A stretch of DNA of 64,000 nucleotides from positions 1,249,880-1,313,879 of the forward strand of contig MU058669.1 in assembly GCA_013265495.1 (NCBI GenBank). The letters run 5' to 3'. The notes beneath the pieces were generated by a model that saw only the letters and a program-made list of their open reading frames with translations, did no database searches and was not told the DNA's origin. Shown piece after piece: positions 49,401 to 61,800 of this stretch. This stretch comes from Vicugna vicugna (lineage: Eukaryota). Made by a program: the position numbers and the translations under genes. The stretch's first letter is position 1; each line of letters opens with the position of its first letter.

Positions 49401-51801
49401 GTTATAGTATATTCAAGGTCTGGACTTCCCCACTACGGTGTGCTTTGTCACTATGCCAAGGTGATTCTGCTGGGCATCTTCATTTCTCGGGATGTGATGT
49501 CTTTTAGTAGGTCCCTCAGCCCCTTCCTTGCCTCTCCACCTCCACTCAAAGGGATTCCTTACATCAGCAAGCTAAGGCAGGAGATGAGTGTGTAGGGGCA
49601 GGAATGGAAGTAGGGGTGAGGAACACTTCCATATAGTCCTATCCTGAGAAGACATCAGACTTTTAACCCTAAATTGGGAACAAGGGACATCCTCACCATT
49701 TGCCTGGCTGTGATAGTTAATATGCTTCTAAAGCTATCAAAGATTGTAGAGATGGCACTACTTGTTAATAAACTACAGCTCATATTTTTTTCAGCTTATT
49801 TTGTCCTTGTTCGTAGGAACAGTCTCATGCTAGCATCTTGAATCCCAGGAGGCTGGCCATGAAGCCCTTTAAAATGACAGTTACTGAGAGCAAATCTGAT
49901 CAGGAAGATGTCAGGCTGAGCTATGTAGTCATTGACTATTGATTCCTTAGACTGAGGGTTTCTGTCATCTTGGGTCCTCATTTTTTCAGTGGCGTCTATA
50001 CTCCAGGAATCCAATGGGTTTGATACGGCTTATGGGCTTTGGTAAGGTAGGGAAGCTGAAAGAGTGAGCCTTGGGAGCTCAGTGCAGTGTAAACAAAGGC
50101 AGATATGGGCTAAGTAGACTAAAACTTGGTGGTAGGAAAGACCCCCCTCTGAAGAGAGATATGAGAAGCCAGGAGAAAAAGCCAGGACAGGGTAAGTATC
50201 ACAAACTAAGTTCTGTTTAACAAGCACTTACTGAGCATCTTTCATGTGTGGACCTTGTACCCTGTACAAGCATAGTAGTTATGAATTAGAGCTGGACATT
50301 AGAATCATCTGCAGAATTTGTTTTGTTTTTGGAAAAAGCATGCCTAGGTCCTGCCTAGGTCTCCCTATGTCTAATGAATTTCTCTGGGGCTAGAATTTGC
50401 CGATCTAGATGAAAACAATGAAATAACCGACATGGGAGATCCTCCATAGTTGATTCTCTTTGCTCTGCCTGTTGAAGAGCTTTTCTGCCATGGTGTCCAA
50501 ACGGAGAATTCACGGTGCTTGTTGTTAAGAGGCTAACAGCTAGTAGAAGAGACTGGTATCTCCGTAGTTAGGACTATGACTGATCTACGCTGGATTAGAA
50601 TGTTCATGAATAATGTATTTAGATCCCACCCACAACACCCACCACCGGTTTGTCTGCATTCATGCAAACAGAGGAAATGATCTAATTTTACTTTCTGTAA
50701 ACTTCTTAGGTTCCATGTCAGACTGTACCTTTTTCATAATAATTGCAAGTCTTCTCTGTTTTCCTATTTTCTGGATTTATTAGATAATAAAAAGAAGCAT
50801 TTGCTCCTTGCTGGTTAGTATCATTGAGGGTGGATTTTTAAAAAATTATTGAAGTAAAATTGTAGAGTATTTTTGATTGCTGATTTAAAAAAAACTTGTT
50901 TCATTTCTTTTACTGTTTTGGGTGGTTTTGATAATTGTTATTCTTCCTAGAAAACTAGCCATTTTATTTGTTTTTGTGTTTACCTTTGTCATTCAGACAA
51001 CAGAAACTCTGTCCTATCTCCAGTTAAGTCTCTTTCTTTTCCAGTATTCATTTTCCCTCCAAGAAGCTTAGCTGAAGCTTTGTCTAGTTTATAAGATACA
51101 ATTTTTGACTTTACCTTTTCTATCACATCATGTTTTCTATTAGATTAATTTCTGCATTGATCTTTACTTCTTTATTCCTCCATCTTGTTCGTTTTGGTTT
51201 ATTATGTTCTGTTTCAGCTTTTGTAGATGAATGCTTATTTAAAGTTTAAAAAAAAATTCAGTGTGGCAGTAATTCCATCTCTAACTACCATTTTAGTTAC
51301 TTCCTACCAGTTGTAGCATATGCTATTTTGTTTGTCATTCAGTTTTAAGAATATCATTTCCAATTTGATTTTCTTTGTATAACATGAATTACTTTAAGCT
51401 TCCAAATCTTTAAGCCTCTCTTCCTGTTGCTGATTTCTCATCTCAATTGTTGTCAATAAAAGTACCATGACAGGCTTTCTGTATGTTCCCATGAGTTTTG
51501 AAGCATGTATATTTATTACTTAGCGTGTCCTGGGATATGTATGTCTAAGTGTGTTATCAAATATACTTTTCTTTGAAAATTATTTAAAGCATTAGTTTAT
51601 TATATTACAAGTCGATTAAAAATCTGTCACTAAAATTTTTCATTTATTTTTCAAGACTGTGCATATCCAAGAGCATGCAAGATCTTTTAACTTCAAAATA
51701 AGTAAAACTTTCAGAAAAATTGTAGTGGTAGTAAAAAGAATGTATACACTTTACCTAGATTCAAGGATTATTAATATTTTACTCATTTTGTGTTTTATCG
51801 T

Positions 51802-52390
51802 TGATGTGGATGTTGCCAAAATACCGGCCCCCGTCCCTGGCGAGCCAGGTAACTCAGAGGCAGGGTTTTGGAGCTTAGAAGAAAAGAGGCAGCTTTATTG
51901 CTTTGCCAGGCAAAGGGGAGTAAGCAGGCTATCGCCTTCAAGACTGTGAACCCACCTTGGGGATGGGGAGGGTGATTCTAGAGCCATAGCTCAAACAATG
52001 AACAATCAACAGAATCATTTTCTCTTCTTAAGACTTAGAGTGGCGTCCTGATGCCTCCAGGCAACCAGTTCTACCGGGGCTAGCAGTTGTCACTTTTTAT
52101 CTCTTTATCTCATATGTGCCCAAGGTATGGTCTTCTTGGTATTTAGCCTACTTTGTAAGGTTACAGTTCTGTGACCTTCTCCCTGGAGAACAACTCAGAA
52201 ACCAAGTATGATTATTACTTTTGATTACTGGAATAAAGCAGAAACAGTAGAATTAATAGCTTTCTTTTAACAATGGTCCTGAAGCTGGGAGTAGCAGTCG
52301 GTCAGTCAGGTCAGTTGACTGTTTCAAGGGCAAGCATAAGAATAAGCAATCTGTTAGCCTACATGTGGCCATTTTATTAATCCTTCTTCA
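51802..52390 (-). mobile_element. ERV solo LTR (ERV1-type, lineage-restricted)
   Basis: TG...CA ends, about 590 bp, antisense poly(A) signal GCTTTATTG near the left end; interrupts an old L1. Confidence 0.75.
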
Positions 52391-53158
52391 TGTGTACTCT
52401 GTGTGTGTGTGTGTGCATACGTGTGTGTATGTACATATACGTATACACACAGACACAATTTTTTCTGACCCATTGAGGATATGCTACATCATGATCCTTT
52501 GAGCTGAATACTTAAGCGTATATTTCCTACAAATAGGAATATTTTCTTAAGTAACAAAGGGTAGTTATCAACTTCAGTAGATGTTAATATAACACTTTAA
52601 AATGCTATCCATATTCCATTTCTGTCAGTTGGCCTTTTGTAGTCTTTTCCCCTGTAACATAGAATCCAGTCTGGAGTCACCTATTGCATATAGTTGTCAT
52701 ATATTTTATAATTTGATATGTTTCTCGAACCTTTCTTGGTTTTTTAGGACATTGACACATTTTAAGAATAAAATCTGAGATTTAATGGGAAGTTTCTCAT
52801 TTCGGGTTTATCTGTTGTTCCCTCCGGGTTGGTTTTAAATTATGCCTTCTGAGTTGGAAAACTACATAGGTGGCCTGTCATTCTCAGGTTATCTCCCTAT
52901 ATGTGTCAGCCCCTCATGAGTGATGTCAGCTTTGATCACTCAGTCAAGGTGTTGTCTTACTTCTCCACTGTATAAAATTTTTTCCTTTACAACAAGATGC
53001 TTCTGAAGACTGAATAAACAGGAATAATCTTGAATTTAGGATTCAATCCTGAATAGACGGGAAGGACCCCATGCAAAATTTGGTTTGAGTGTTGGAATTG
53101 ATAATGCCACATACATATCAAGAGGGTATGAAAAGATATATTACTCAAATAAAGAGGC

Positions 53159-53260
53159 TTTTCCTTCTTTCCTTCCTTCCTTCCTACCTTCCTTCCCTCC
53201 CTCTTTTGCCCTTTCCCTCCTCCTTCCCTCTTTCTCTCCTCCTTCCCTCCTTCCCTCCTT
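53159..53260. repeat. Polypyrimidine (TTCC/CCCT)n low-complexity tract
   Basis: About 100 bp that is almost entirely C/T on the plus strand. Confidence 0.9.
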
Positions 53261-53989
53261 AAGCTGGCCCAGAAATGGTTTGAGAGAGAGCAGAGAACAG
53301 AGAAAGACTAGTGTTACATTGTTTTTAGCAGTTATATCCTGGATGAGTTCCTGTAGGTGGACAGGGGCCTGCTTAGTTTGAAACTTCTGCCAGTGACAAA
53401 GAAGGGAAGACCTCACCCACTGACTCAGATGGGGACCAGAAAGTGAAGAGAGACGTAGGAGGCTTACAACCTGCCATTAAAAATATCAAATAATGAGGTC
53501 AGACTCTTTATTACAAAAAATCATAGATGTCCTGTTTCTTAGTGTAATATCCTCCATTAATGATTCTTGAACGAATACATCTGTGTTATAATCAAATAGA
53601 AATGCTGATTTGTTTTTCACCCGATCATTCTAGCATGCCCTGCACATTAATGTCAACCTTCATTATTTTAATTTAAACAAGAGCCCTCCCTCCTGTGTGT
53701 TCCTTCCTGAACCGGTCCTCTTTCTTAAAACTGCATAGTAATCCGCAGTTATTTCAAAATAAAAGTTTAATTATGACAAGCAACAGTTAATTCTATAGTC
53801 ACCTAAAAGCCTACCAGTATTTCAAATCAAGATTTGTGCTCACTGTAGTTTTGTAAACTCCATGCTTTCTCTTTGAGTTCAGTTTTCTTCCCTTGATAGT
53901 TGTATTCGTTTGGTAAACAGTATTCATATGCCTATAAATAGTCTGTTCTGGATTTTGAATGACTGATTGGATAACGTTTCTTGGTTGAT

Positions 53990-54068
53990 GTGTTTTTGTT
54001 TTTGTTTTTTGTTGGGTTTTTTTGTTTTGTTTTGTTTTCTGGTGTATTTTTGTTTTTGTTTTTGTTTG
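53990..54068. repeat. (TTTTG)n-type low-complexity repeat
   Basis: Read directly from the sequence. Confidence 0.85.
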
Positions 54069-54462
54069 CCCTGCCCAGAATGGACTCTCTTGTTGCTCCT
54101 GAAAAGTCAGCTTTCAGTTGAGCTGTCTTTCCTTTGAAGATTGTTGGTCTTGGATTGCTAGTAATTTGATATTTTCTTTTTTTTCTTTCTGGGGGGTAAT
54201 GACAGTGTGTCTGTATGTGGACTTACTGTGTTTATCCATGGCACTAGCAGCTCTCTTTTAATTTAAAATGTGTTTTTTCTTTCATTCTGGAAAAAATTCA
54301 GCTACTATTATTCAAATACTACTTTTCCATCTTTCCTTCGTTTTTGTTCCTTTAGAACTTGTACCAAATGCATGTTAAGGTCCTCAGTCTCTTGTCTCTG
54401 TCTCCCTTCCTATCTATTTATCATTGCCTGGATGGGCAGTATTTGGGGTAAATTGATGTTTG

Positions 54463-55003
54463 TGATGCAGGAAAAACAGATGTGGGGTGTGAGGAGGTCT
54501 CGATTGAGCCCCTGGAACGTGCCCTGCCAAGTGTGGGTCTTTGGCTTCACACAGGAAAGAATTCAAGTGTGAGCCACCGTTGAGTAGAGGTAGATTTATT
54601 TAGAGAGATACATACTGCATAAAGTACAAGGCAAGAGAAAGGCAAGGAAAAAGGTGTGGGGATTGGGTGCTGAGGTAGGTGCACACTCCATAGACAGAGT
54701 GCGGGCCGTCTCCAAAGCGGAGAGAGTGAAAAAGGCCACTAGGCGTGGTGGTGTCAGTTTTTTATGGTCTCAGCTTCACAGGCCTATAGGTGGGACCATT
54801 GTGGTTATCCTTGGGACTGTCATGGCACCTGCAGGCATGTTATTTATCACGTTGTTACCATAAGCATATAATGAAGCTCAAGGTCTACTAGAAGTTAAAC
54901 CTCTTAATCCTCAAGGCCAACCAGGAGTTGGTGAATCTTCCACCATTTTGGTGTTGAATTGCTGTCATTCCTTCAGTGCCCTGCCCGCTTCCATCCTGCC
55001 TCA
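54463..55003 (-). mobile_element. ERV1-class solo LTR, complete
   Basis: Terminal inverted repeat TGATGCAGGA / TCCTGCCTCA. Perfect 4-bp TSD TTTG (54459-54462, 55004-55007). Antisense poly(A) signal TTTATT at ~54595. Confidence 0.9.
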
Positions 55004-56961
55004 TTTGTAGTACAAAAATATGTGTTCCCTTCTTTAATAAGGAGAAGTTGTTGTTGGTTTGCTTTTTTTTTTTTAACTCAACAGAAGAATGTCTTTTGGT
55101 TTTATCACTCAGACAGTGAGGCACTGAGGATTTCATCTATGCTATTATTTAATTTAATTTACTTTAAACAAAGTTTCCAGGATAGCAAGCAATTCTAATA
55201 GTAGTTCTTTTTATTGCTTATGTATGTTTTTGTTGTTTTGTTTTTTCCTGTTATTTTGTGGGGTTTTTTTGCTTTTGCCTTCCATAATACATTTCTTCTC
55301 AAGCCTCCATTCTTGCATGGTTTAAATATTTCTTCAGAATATCCCTAATGGCATGTTTTGTTTAGGGGGAGGAAAAAATGTCTGGTTGATACTCACTTTT
55401 GACCTTGAGTGTTATTTTGGACTCTCTGATTTGCAGGACATACAGATCCAAGAAATGGTAATGGCTTTATGTTTTTATAAATGTCAAGTTAAATGGCTGA
55501 TACTTCTCCTACTTTGAGGTTTAGAGAATTAGAATTTCAAGCTGAGTGCAAATAATCCAGTTATGAAATTAAGTGTATTATCTGACACTGTGAAAGACAT
55601 TGTCCATCTTAAATACTATTTAGAAAGTTAAACAAAACCCTAGGTGCAAATAAACAGAAAGAACTCTCCCTCATATAATGAGCTCACATCAAGTAGTGTA
55701 TATGCAGCGTGGGAAATAGATTCATTTAGGCATTTAGATTTTCCCTGTGAAGACAAGTGTTCAGCTAGTCTGATACGAATGACAACTATTTCCATCAATC
55801 ACCCAGACTCTCAGAGTTTTATATGAAGTCTATTCATAGTGATTTTTTTCATTTGTTTTCAAGTGAATGTCATCCCTATAGTTAATCAGTTCTGTTTTTG
55901 TCCCCTACTTAAGTTCTTTGCGTATAGACATAGTTAGTTCATATTTTGACTTGTCACATCATTCAGGGTCCAGCTATTTCTGTCTGTCATCCCGACTATC
56001 AGTGACAGTATTTACCCAATTTTGTGGAAGAACCATCAAATTCAGACTATTTGGTCGGAAGTTTTCTTTTAGAAGAAGAAATTCGATAATATTAAAGAAT
56101 ACAAATGTGTTACTTGCCTCCAGCCCCCTTCCGTTTTAACCCATTTTTAAATCCAGTGTTCATTGCTCATTAGGATGTTAAGCAGTAACTAACTTCAGTA
56201 TCACAAAACCAGATCTTTAGTCTTCCCCCTTGAAAGGTATTCTTTTTTTAACTTGCATTCACGTTGCACCTGGCTTTGTTTACTCAGTTATTCTTGCTTA
56301 TGTTTGCCCTGGCCGGCCTGTAGCACTTCTCAGAGTGGAAAGACGGCTTTTATAGGAGCGGCTGAAGTCGCAGTGGGGGAGCCGTAGGCCACAGAGCGAC
56401 CTGAAAGCGAGGCTCGATGGCAGGTGAAAATGTGATTCTGAGAGGTGTGACGGCAGTTTTGAAGCCATAATGTGTTGTCGTCTTACCCCCAAGTGACCAT
56501 GTGCACCTGCTCTCTCTCCAGATATTTACATATTCTCAGAATATCACTGTTTAAAAAAAATACCGTTAAGTTCTCTCATATCAAATTGAATTTCAGAAGT
56601 GGCTCAGGCAACAATAAAATGGTGATAAATGTGCTGGGAAGAAAGCAAAATGCTTTTTTGAATAGATTCATAGGATTTTCAGTTGGAAGGTTCTAAAGAG
56701 GTCCTTCCTCCCACCCCACCCCCAGGAAGCCTAATAACCAGAAAGAATCAGGCTCGGTTGTGCAGGTTCACAGAAGCCTTTAGACCTGGACTTCCCCCTC
56801 TAAGCTTAGGCTAATGAAGAGTTCTGTTTTCTTCTGGTTCTAATAGTCTTTACGCTTTCCTATCATTCTCATGATCACTCCTCTAATATCACAGGAGCGA
56901 ACTACTCAGGGGTTTTGTTTCCTTTTTGCTGGAGAACCCTGTGATGAAGATACAGGTTAAG

Positions 56962-57459
56962 TGTTAGGGAGGGAAAAATTTTTCCCCAGTACTCTTGATT
57001 CTTTGGGCTGTTCTTATAATTGAATTGACACAAGGCAGGTTAGCAGGAGGGGGGAAAAAAGAAAAAAAATCCCATGGGAGCTCATAGAAATAGGAGACTC
57101 AAAGAAGTGACTAAAGCAGATAGCTTTTATACTATTTGGACACAAATAAATAAATAAAATTGTAAACAATTGACAAGACAAAGGAGTTTGGACTCAAGAT
57201 AGTAAATTATACAGAAGAGTGGTAAATTAGGGAGTGAAGAAGTAATAAGGTTTGTTTATACACCCTTTTCTGGTGATAAGGGTTTCCTTCTACCTCCTGG
57301 TACAGGGAGGGCACCTTTGGTAAGATTTATTTCCTGCTTTCAAGGGGGACTAAGAGAATGTCCCCCTTGTTTATCAGCTGTTTCTTAATTAACTTTAATT
57401 CAAAATAATCAATATGCCAAAGTAGTATATTTGGGGGCAGCCTGCCCTGAACCCCATCA
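56962..57459 (-). mobile_element. ERV1-class solo LTR
   Basis: TGTTAGGGAGGGAAAAA...AATATGCCAAAGTAGTATATTTGGGG...CCCCATCA. Near-TSD TAAG / TAGG. Confidence 0.75.
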
Positions 57460-57638
57460 TAGGGAAAAAATGAAGCAAGTATTCTGTATTAGTAGTAGTA
57501 GTCATTATTATACAAGTATCATCCTATAATAGTAGTAGTGGTCATTATTATAATGCTAATAATAGTCTTTACTTGAAATAAGTGCAGCCAAGCTTTTTGC
57601 TGAGAGATTTACTCACATTCTTGGACTCCTTAATCAAC

Positions 57639-58067
57639 TGAAATTGATAAGAGGCCAGATGAGAAATTCAGGCAAGGCTTTTTTGGGACTCATGCTGCAG
57701 CAGGAGGTAGTGAAAACAAGTAGCAGGTTCCCTTGCTCCCTCCCCGAGGGGGACATGTGAGGGTAGGGGTGGGTGCAGAGGTCTGACCAGAGAGGTGGCT
57801 TAGGTGGTCTTCCTGCCCCTTTGGAGGGGCTGTGTGGAGGGATCATGCTCAGTACCCTGCTTTTCCTCCTGACGTCTTGGCTGTGGTAGCTGGGTTTTGG
57901 CCTTTTGTGTCTTGTTGTCCATATCTTGCCCCAACGGTGCATGCACACAGTTTTTTTGTTTGTTTTTGTCTTTAAGTCCCTTACAGTTTCTTTGTATTCT
58001 GTTGCTTGAGGAGATGTTTGTCCATGTGCAAGCACTGCAGCAAAGGGTCCCAGGTCCAAGCCTGTCA
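57639..58067 (-). mobile_element. ERV1-class solo LTR
   Basis: TG...GAGGCCAGATGAGAAATTCAGGCAAGGCTTT...GGGTCCCAGGTCCAAGCCTGTCA; about 430 bp. Confidence 0.72.
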
Positions 58068-58574
58068 AATTGTGGTCATGATTGTCACCATGTTTCCTTT
58101 GAGAAAAATGACTCTACCAGGTTAAATAGTTGCCTGAGGTCATCCTGCAAGTTAATGGCCCCGTCCACTATCTGACCCATGGTACCCTGCCTTCAGAACT
58201 GACCTCATTACTGGCAATCATTCACTGATACTCTGGTCTTGGAAAGTGGATCTGTGTAAGGTAAGACTTTTGAAATATGGATATCATAAATTGTAAGTAG
58301 GGTATGTTTTGGTTTATTGGAAGTTTGGTCACCACTGGAAGCCTCTGGAATTGGAGTTACTGGTCATGGAATGTCAAAGAAAAAAAACTATAATTAAGAC
58401 TCAGCCTGTTTTGAAGATACTTGTAGTTTGATATAGGAAATAAACAATGACCAAACTGCTACCAAAATTATTATGTGCTTACTATAGTTCAATATTAGGA
58501 AGGATATAGTGGGCTAGAAATGCTTACAATAGGAGAGCCCTATCTTGCCTGTGTATTTTTTTTCCCCTCTTTTT

Positions 58575-58995
58575 CTTCCTAGCAGCATCTGCCTCTCATC
58601 TTAGAAGCTAAAAATAAAATTTGTTTCCCCACTTCCTTAGCAGATAGAAAAAAAGACATGTAACCAATGCTGGCCAGTTGGAGCTGAGAAGCTGTGGAGG
58701 TGCTTCTGGGAAATGTTTGACATCCTGATAAAGACAGACCTGGAGGAAGGACCTCCCCCATCTCTGGAAGCTGAGGGTCTCCCTGTGATGCCAGGACAGC
58801 TGTAACTCTCTTAGGAACATAAGGCAAGAGTAGACAGATGGGAAGAACTAGGGACCAGATGAGATGACTGACCTCCTGAGATAACCCTGGGACTCTATCC
58901 CCAGATGGGTCTTTATTTGAGAAATTATATTGACTTTTGTTTAAACCATTTAAATTTCAGTGTGATCTTGCTTGCAGCTGAAAACTTCCTAAATA
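58575..58995 (+). mobile_element. Ancient ERVL LTR relic (LTR16-like)
   Basis: CATGTAACCAATGCTGGCCA...CTTCTGGGAAA...TTTAAACCATT...CTTGCAGCTGAAAAC. Confidence 0.6.
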
Positions 58996-59589
58996 ATGAG
59001 GTTTTCTGAAGAAGAGGTTTTGTTGGTTAGATGTAGAAGAGGTAAGAAGAGTTTCAGGTAAGAGCAGGTTGGAAGGTAAAAGAGGTTTGTGATATTTGTA
59101 AAGTGGAAATTAGAACAGTATGAAATAGAGTTAAAAATACAAGAGGGAAATTGGTGCAGAATGACTCTAGAGAAGTAAGCAGATGCCAGATCATATAAGG
59201 ATTGTAGGCCATGGAGAGGGAATTGAACCTAAGAGTAGGAAAGTTTTTCAGAGGGTTTAAGCCAGACTGAGATCTGCTAAACACCATGGCTTGGAGTAAG
59301 CAGGAGCGCTGGTGGGAGTGGAAGAAAGTATGGAAAACTGAGGAACAGAAATGAAAAAAGAGAGGGACTTGCAGTGTGGCTGTTTAGTTAGGACGGAGAT
59401 CAAGCAGGAGTTTGCAGATCATTCAAAAGTAAGCTGTTCTGCTCAGGTGGGCATGGGGTGTGCAACTCTGGCTGTGGACTTTGTCTTCATCCCTGACCTC
59501 AGCCCTGCATAAATGCGTGGCCATGTGGATCTTCAGAACACTGAGGTAGTTGGTGTCTTCTCTGCCCTTCTCCAACATCTTACTTTGTT

Positions 59590-60123
59590 GTTACTGTTTT
59601 TTAACTGAAGTATAGTTAATTTACAATGTTGTGTTAGTTTCTGGTGTACAGCATAGTGATTACATATATGTATATGTATTCTTTTTCAGATTCTTTTCCA
59701 TTATGGTTTATTACAAGATACTGAATATAGTTCCCTGCATTATACAGTAGGACTTTGCTGTTTATGTATTTTGTATATAGTAGTTTGTATCTGCTAATCA
59801 GTCCCGAACTTCTAATTTATCCTTCCCCACTATCTTTCCCCTTTGATAGCCATAAGTTGGTTTTCTGTGTCTGTGAGTCAGTTTCTGTTTTGTAAATAAG
59901 ATCATTTGTCTAATTTCTTAAAGATTCTACATATAAGTGATACCATTAGAATATTTGTCTTTCTCTGTCTGATTTACTTCGCTTAGCCTGATAATCTCTA
60001 GATCCGTCCATGTTTCTGCAAAAGGGCTTAACTTCCAGAATATATGAACAGCTCATACAACTCAATAACAACATCAGAGAAAGACACCCCAATCAAACAG
60101 TGGGCAGAAGACCTAAACAAAAC
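59590..60123 (-). mobile_element. 5'-truncated L1 with a 5' inversion
   Basis: Minus-strand 3'UTR from 59590 to ~60021, then plus-strand ORF2-derived AAGGGCTTAACTTCCAGAATATATGAACAGCTC...TGGGCAGAAGACCTAAAC. TSD CTTACTTTGTT / CTTGCTTTGTT. Confidence 0.85.
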
Positions 60124-60397
60124 CTTGCTTTGTTTTAGAGAACGTGGTAGCTGAGACTGTGACCTACACCTGCCCAAAGTCTCACATGAATTAGACACAT
60201 ACTTGGGCCTGGAACCCTAGCCTCTCAACTCCCAGTCAAACAGTCTTTCCACATGGTCCCTTTCCCTGGAAATTGTTCCTAGAAGATTGATAAGACCTGA
60301 GTGGGACATTACTGTATGAATCATTTGTCTACTAACCAGTTGTGGTATCTGATTTTTATCTTTCCCCTCTCATGAACTTGCTGATGATCAGAGGGCA

Positions 60398-60602
60398 AAA
60401 TATGGAAAATAAGCTAAGAAACATACAAGTAATGGGGCAAAAATATTGGGAAAGATCAGAAGCGGACAATATGGGCCATCCAAGGGCAAGGAACGTCAGG
60501 CTGATGAGCTGGCTGGGTGGTACCTAAAAACCACGTACCCCTGAAGGGGAAGCTGGTGCTCATCCTAAGCCAGTTGTTGCCCTATGGGAATGTAGGTGCC
60601 GG
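60398..60602. mobile_element. hAT-Charlie relic (MER102-like), truncated by the adjacent LTR
   Basis: AAGGGGAAGCTGGTGCTCATCCTAAGCCAGTTGTTGCCCTATGGGAATGTAGG. Confidence 0.5.
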
Positions 60603-60832
60603 TGTTACCGAATCCAAACTTGTTCTGCTCGCCACATGTAAGGCCAATAAATCGGGAGATGAGGTGTTGGGGCAAGGAGTAGTGACTTTATTCCAAAAGC
60701 CAGCAGACCAAGAAGATGGTAGACCAATGTCCTGGAGAGCCATATTTTCCAAGTCAGATTTCAGGCTCCTCTTATACCAAAAAGGGGAGAGGGTGTGGTT
60801 GATTGTTGCAAACTTCTTGGTGTTAGAATCGT
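60603..60832 (-). mobile_element. Partial ERV LTR (3' half)
   Basis: TGTTACCGAATCCAAACTTGTTCTGCTCGCCACA...GACTTTATTCC; no matching CA end found. Confidence 0.7.
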
Positions 60833-60834
60833 TT

Positions 60835-61800
60835 TTCAGCTTCCAGTGGCTGCCAACATTCTTTGGCTTGTGGCCACATCACTCCTATCTTCAAAGCTAT
60901 CATCTTCAAACCTCTCTCTGTTCCATCTTTTTATTGCCTTCCCCTCTGCATCTGACATGTCTCCCTCTGCCTCTATATTACAAAGATATACATGACGGAA
61001 TTGAAGTTCTGCCCTGGTAATGCAAGATAATTTCCTCCTCTTAAAACCCTTAAGTGACATTTGCAACGAATTTTCTTGCATATAAGGTAATATTTACAGA
61101 TTCTATTAGAGCAGACAGATACGTCTATATATGAGCAGAGAAAAGGGACTGCAGACCAAATGGAAGAAATTGGGCAGAAAGGAACGGGCCAAATACAGGA
61201 AACCATGCATCATATGAACATCAGGGGTCCCTAGGTAGACAAAGAAAAGCAGGAACTTCTGGGCTGATAAGTGATCACACATTTTGGGGTGATAAATGGC
61301 CTGGAGGTTGACAAAGAAAGGTGGGAAAAGGCAGGAGTCTCTAGTGTCCAAATGTAGCCTTTTTCTCATTATGCCCTCATTTCAATAAAATTAGCTTTGC
61401 AGATTAGAAGTACCCATCATGCATTGACGCCATGACACTTCTTATCCAGACTAAATAAGGACAAAAATCCCTCCTTCCTTCTGGAGGGTGGAGTTGGGAT
61501 GAAAATCAGGGAATATGACTCCAAACCCTTTCTTCCCCAGAGAATATTCTGCTCATTCATTTTTACACTCTGTGTAACCAACTTGCCAAAGAAACTCGGC
61601 ACAGCTGCTCACCTGAGCCTGCCCGCTCTCGCCCTGAGAGTATACTGTCCATCCCTTAATAAACCCTCACTTCACTTTCTTAACCTCTGTGTCTCATTGC
61701 TGAATTGTTTCTGCAGTGAGACAAGAACTTAATCACTAGCAACATCTCCATGAGTTAGAACATGAATATATTTTGGGGAGTGGGGTTTTCGCTTATCATA
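60835..61800 (-). mobile_element. MaLR (MLT1) LTR fragment split by the LTR at 61104-61744
   Basis: CAGCTTCCAGTGGCTGCCAACATTCTTTGGCTTGTGGCCACATCACTCC...TATAAGGTAATATTTACAGATTC, resuming as GTTAGAACATGAATATATTTTGGGG after 61745. Confidence 0.72.
61104..61744 (+). mobile_element. ERV solo LTR, ~640 bp
   Basis: Ends in AACA. AATAAA at 61658-61663 is followed by the U5-like TCTCATTGCTGAATT...GAGACAAGAAC. It interrupts the MLT1 fragment. Confidence 0.8.

Larger units (their letters stand above)
50580..54450 (-). mobile_element. Patchwork of highly decayed old L1 fragments, hosting the LTR at 51802 and simple repeats
   Basis: T-rich antisense L1-like text, with an L1MC-like 3' end at ~51690-52990 split by the LTR. 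Confidence 0.5.

Noticed and set aside
60517..61020. 167-aa ORF, the longest in the track
   Set aside because: It runs across three unrelated repeat fragments (hAT, ERV LTR, MLT1), so it is a chance ORF.
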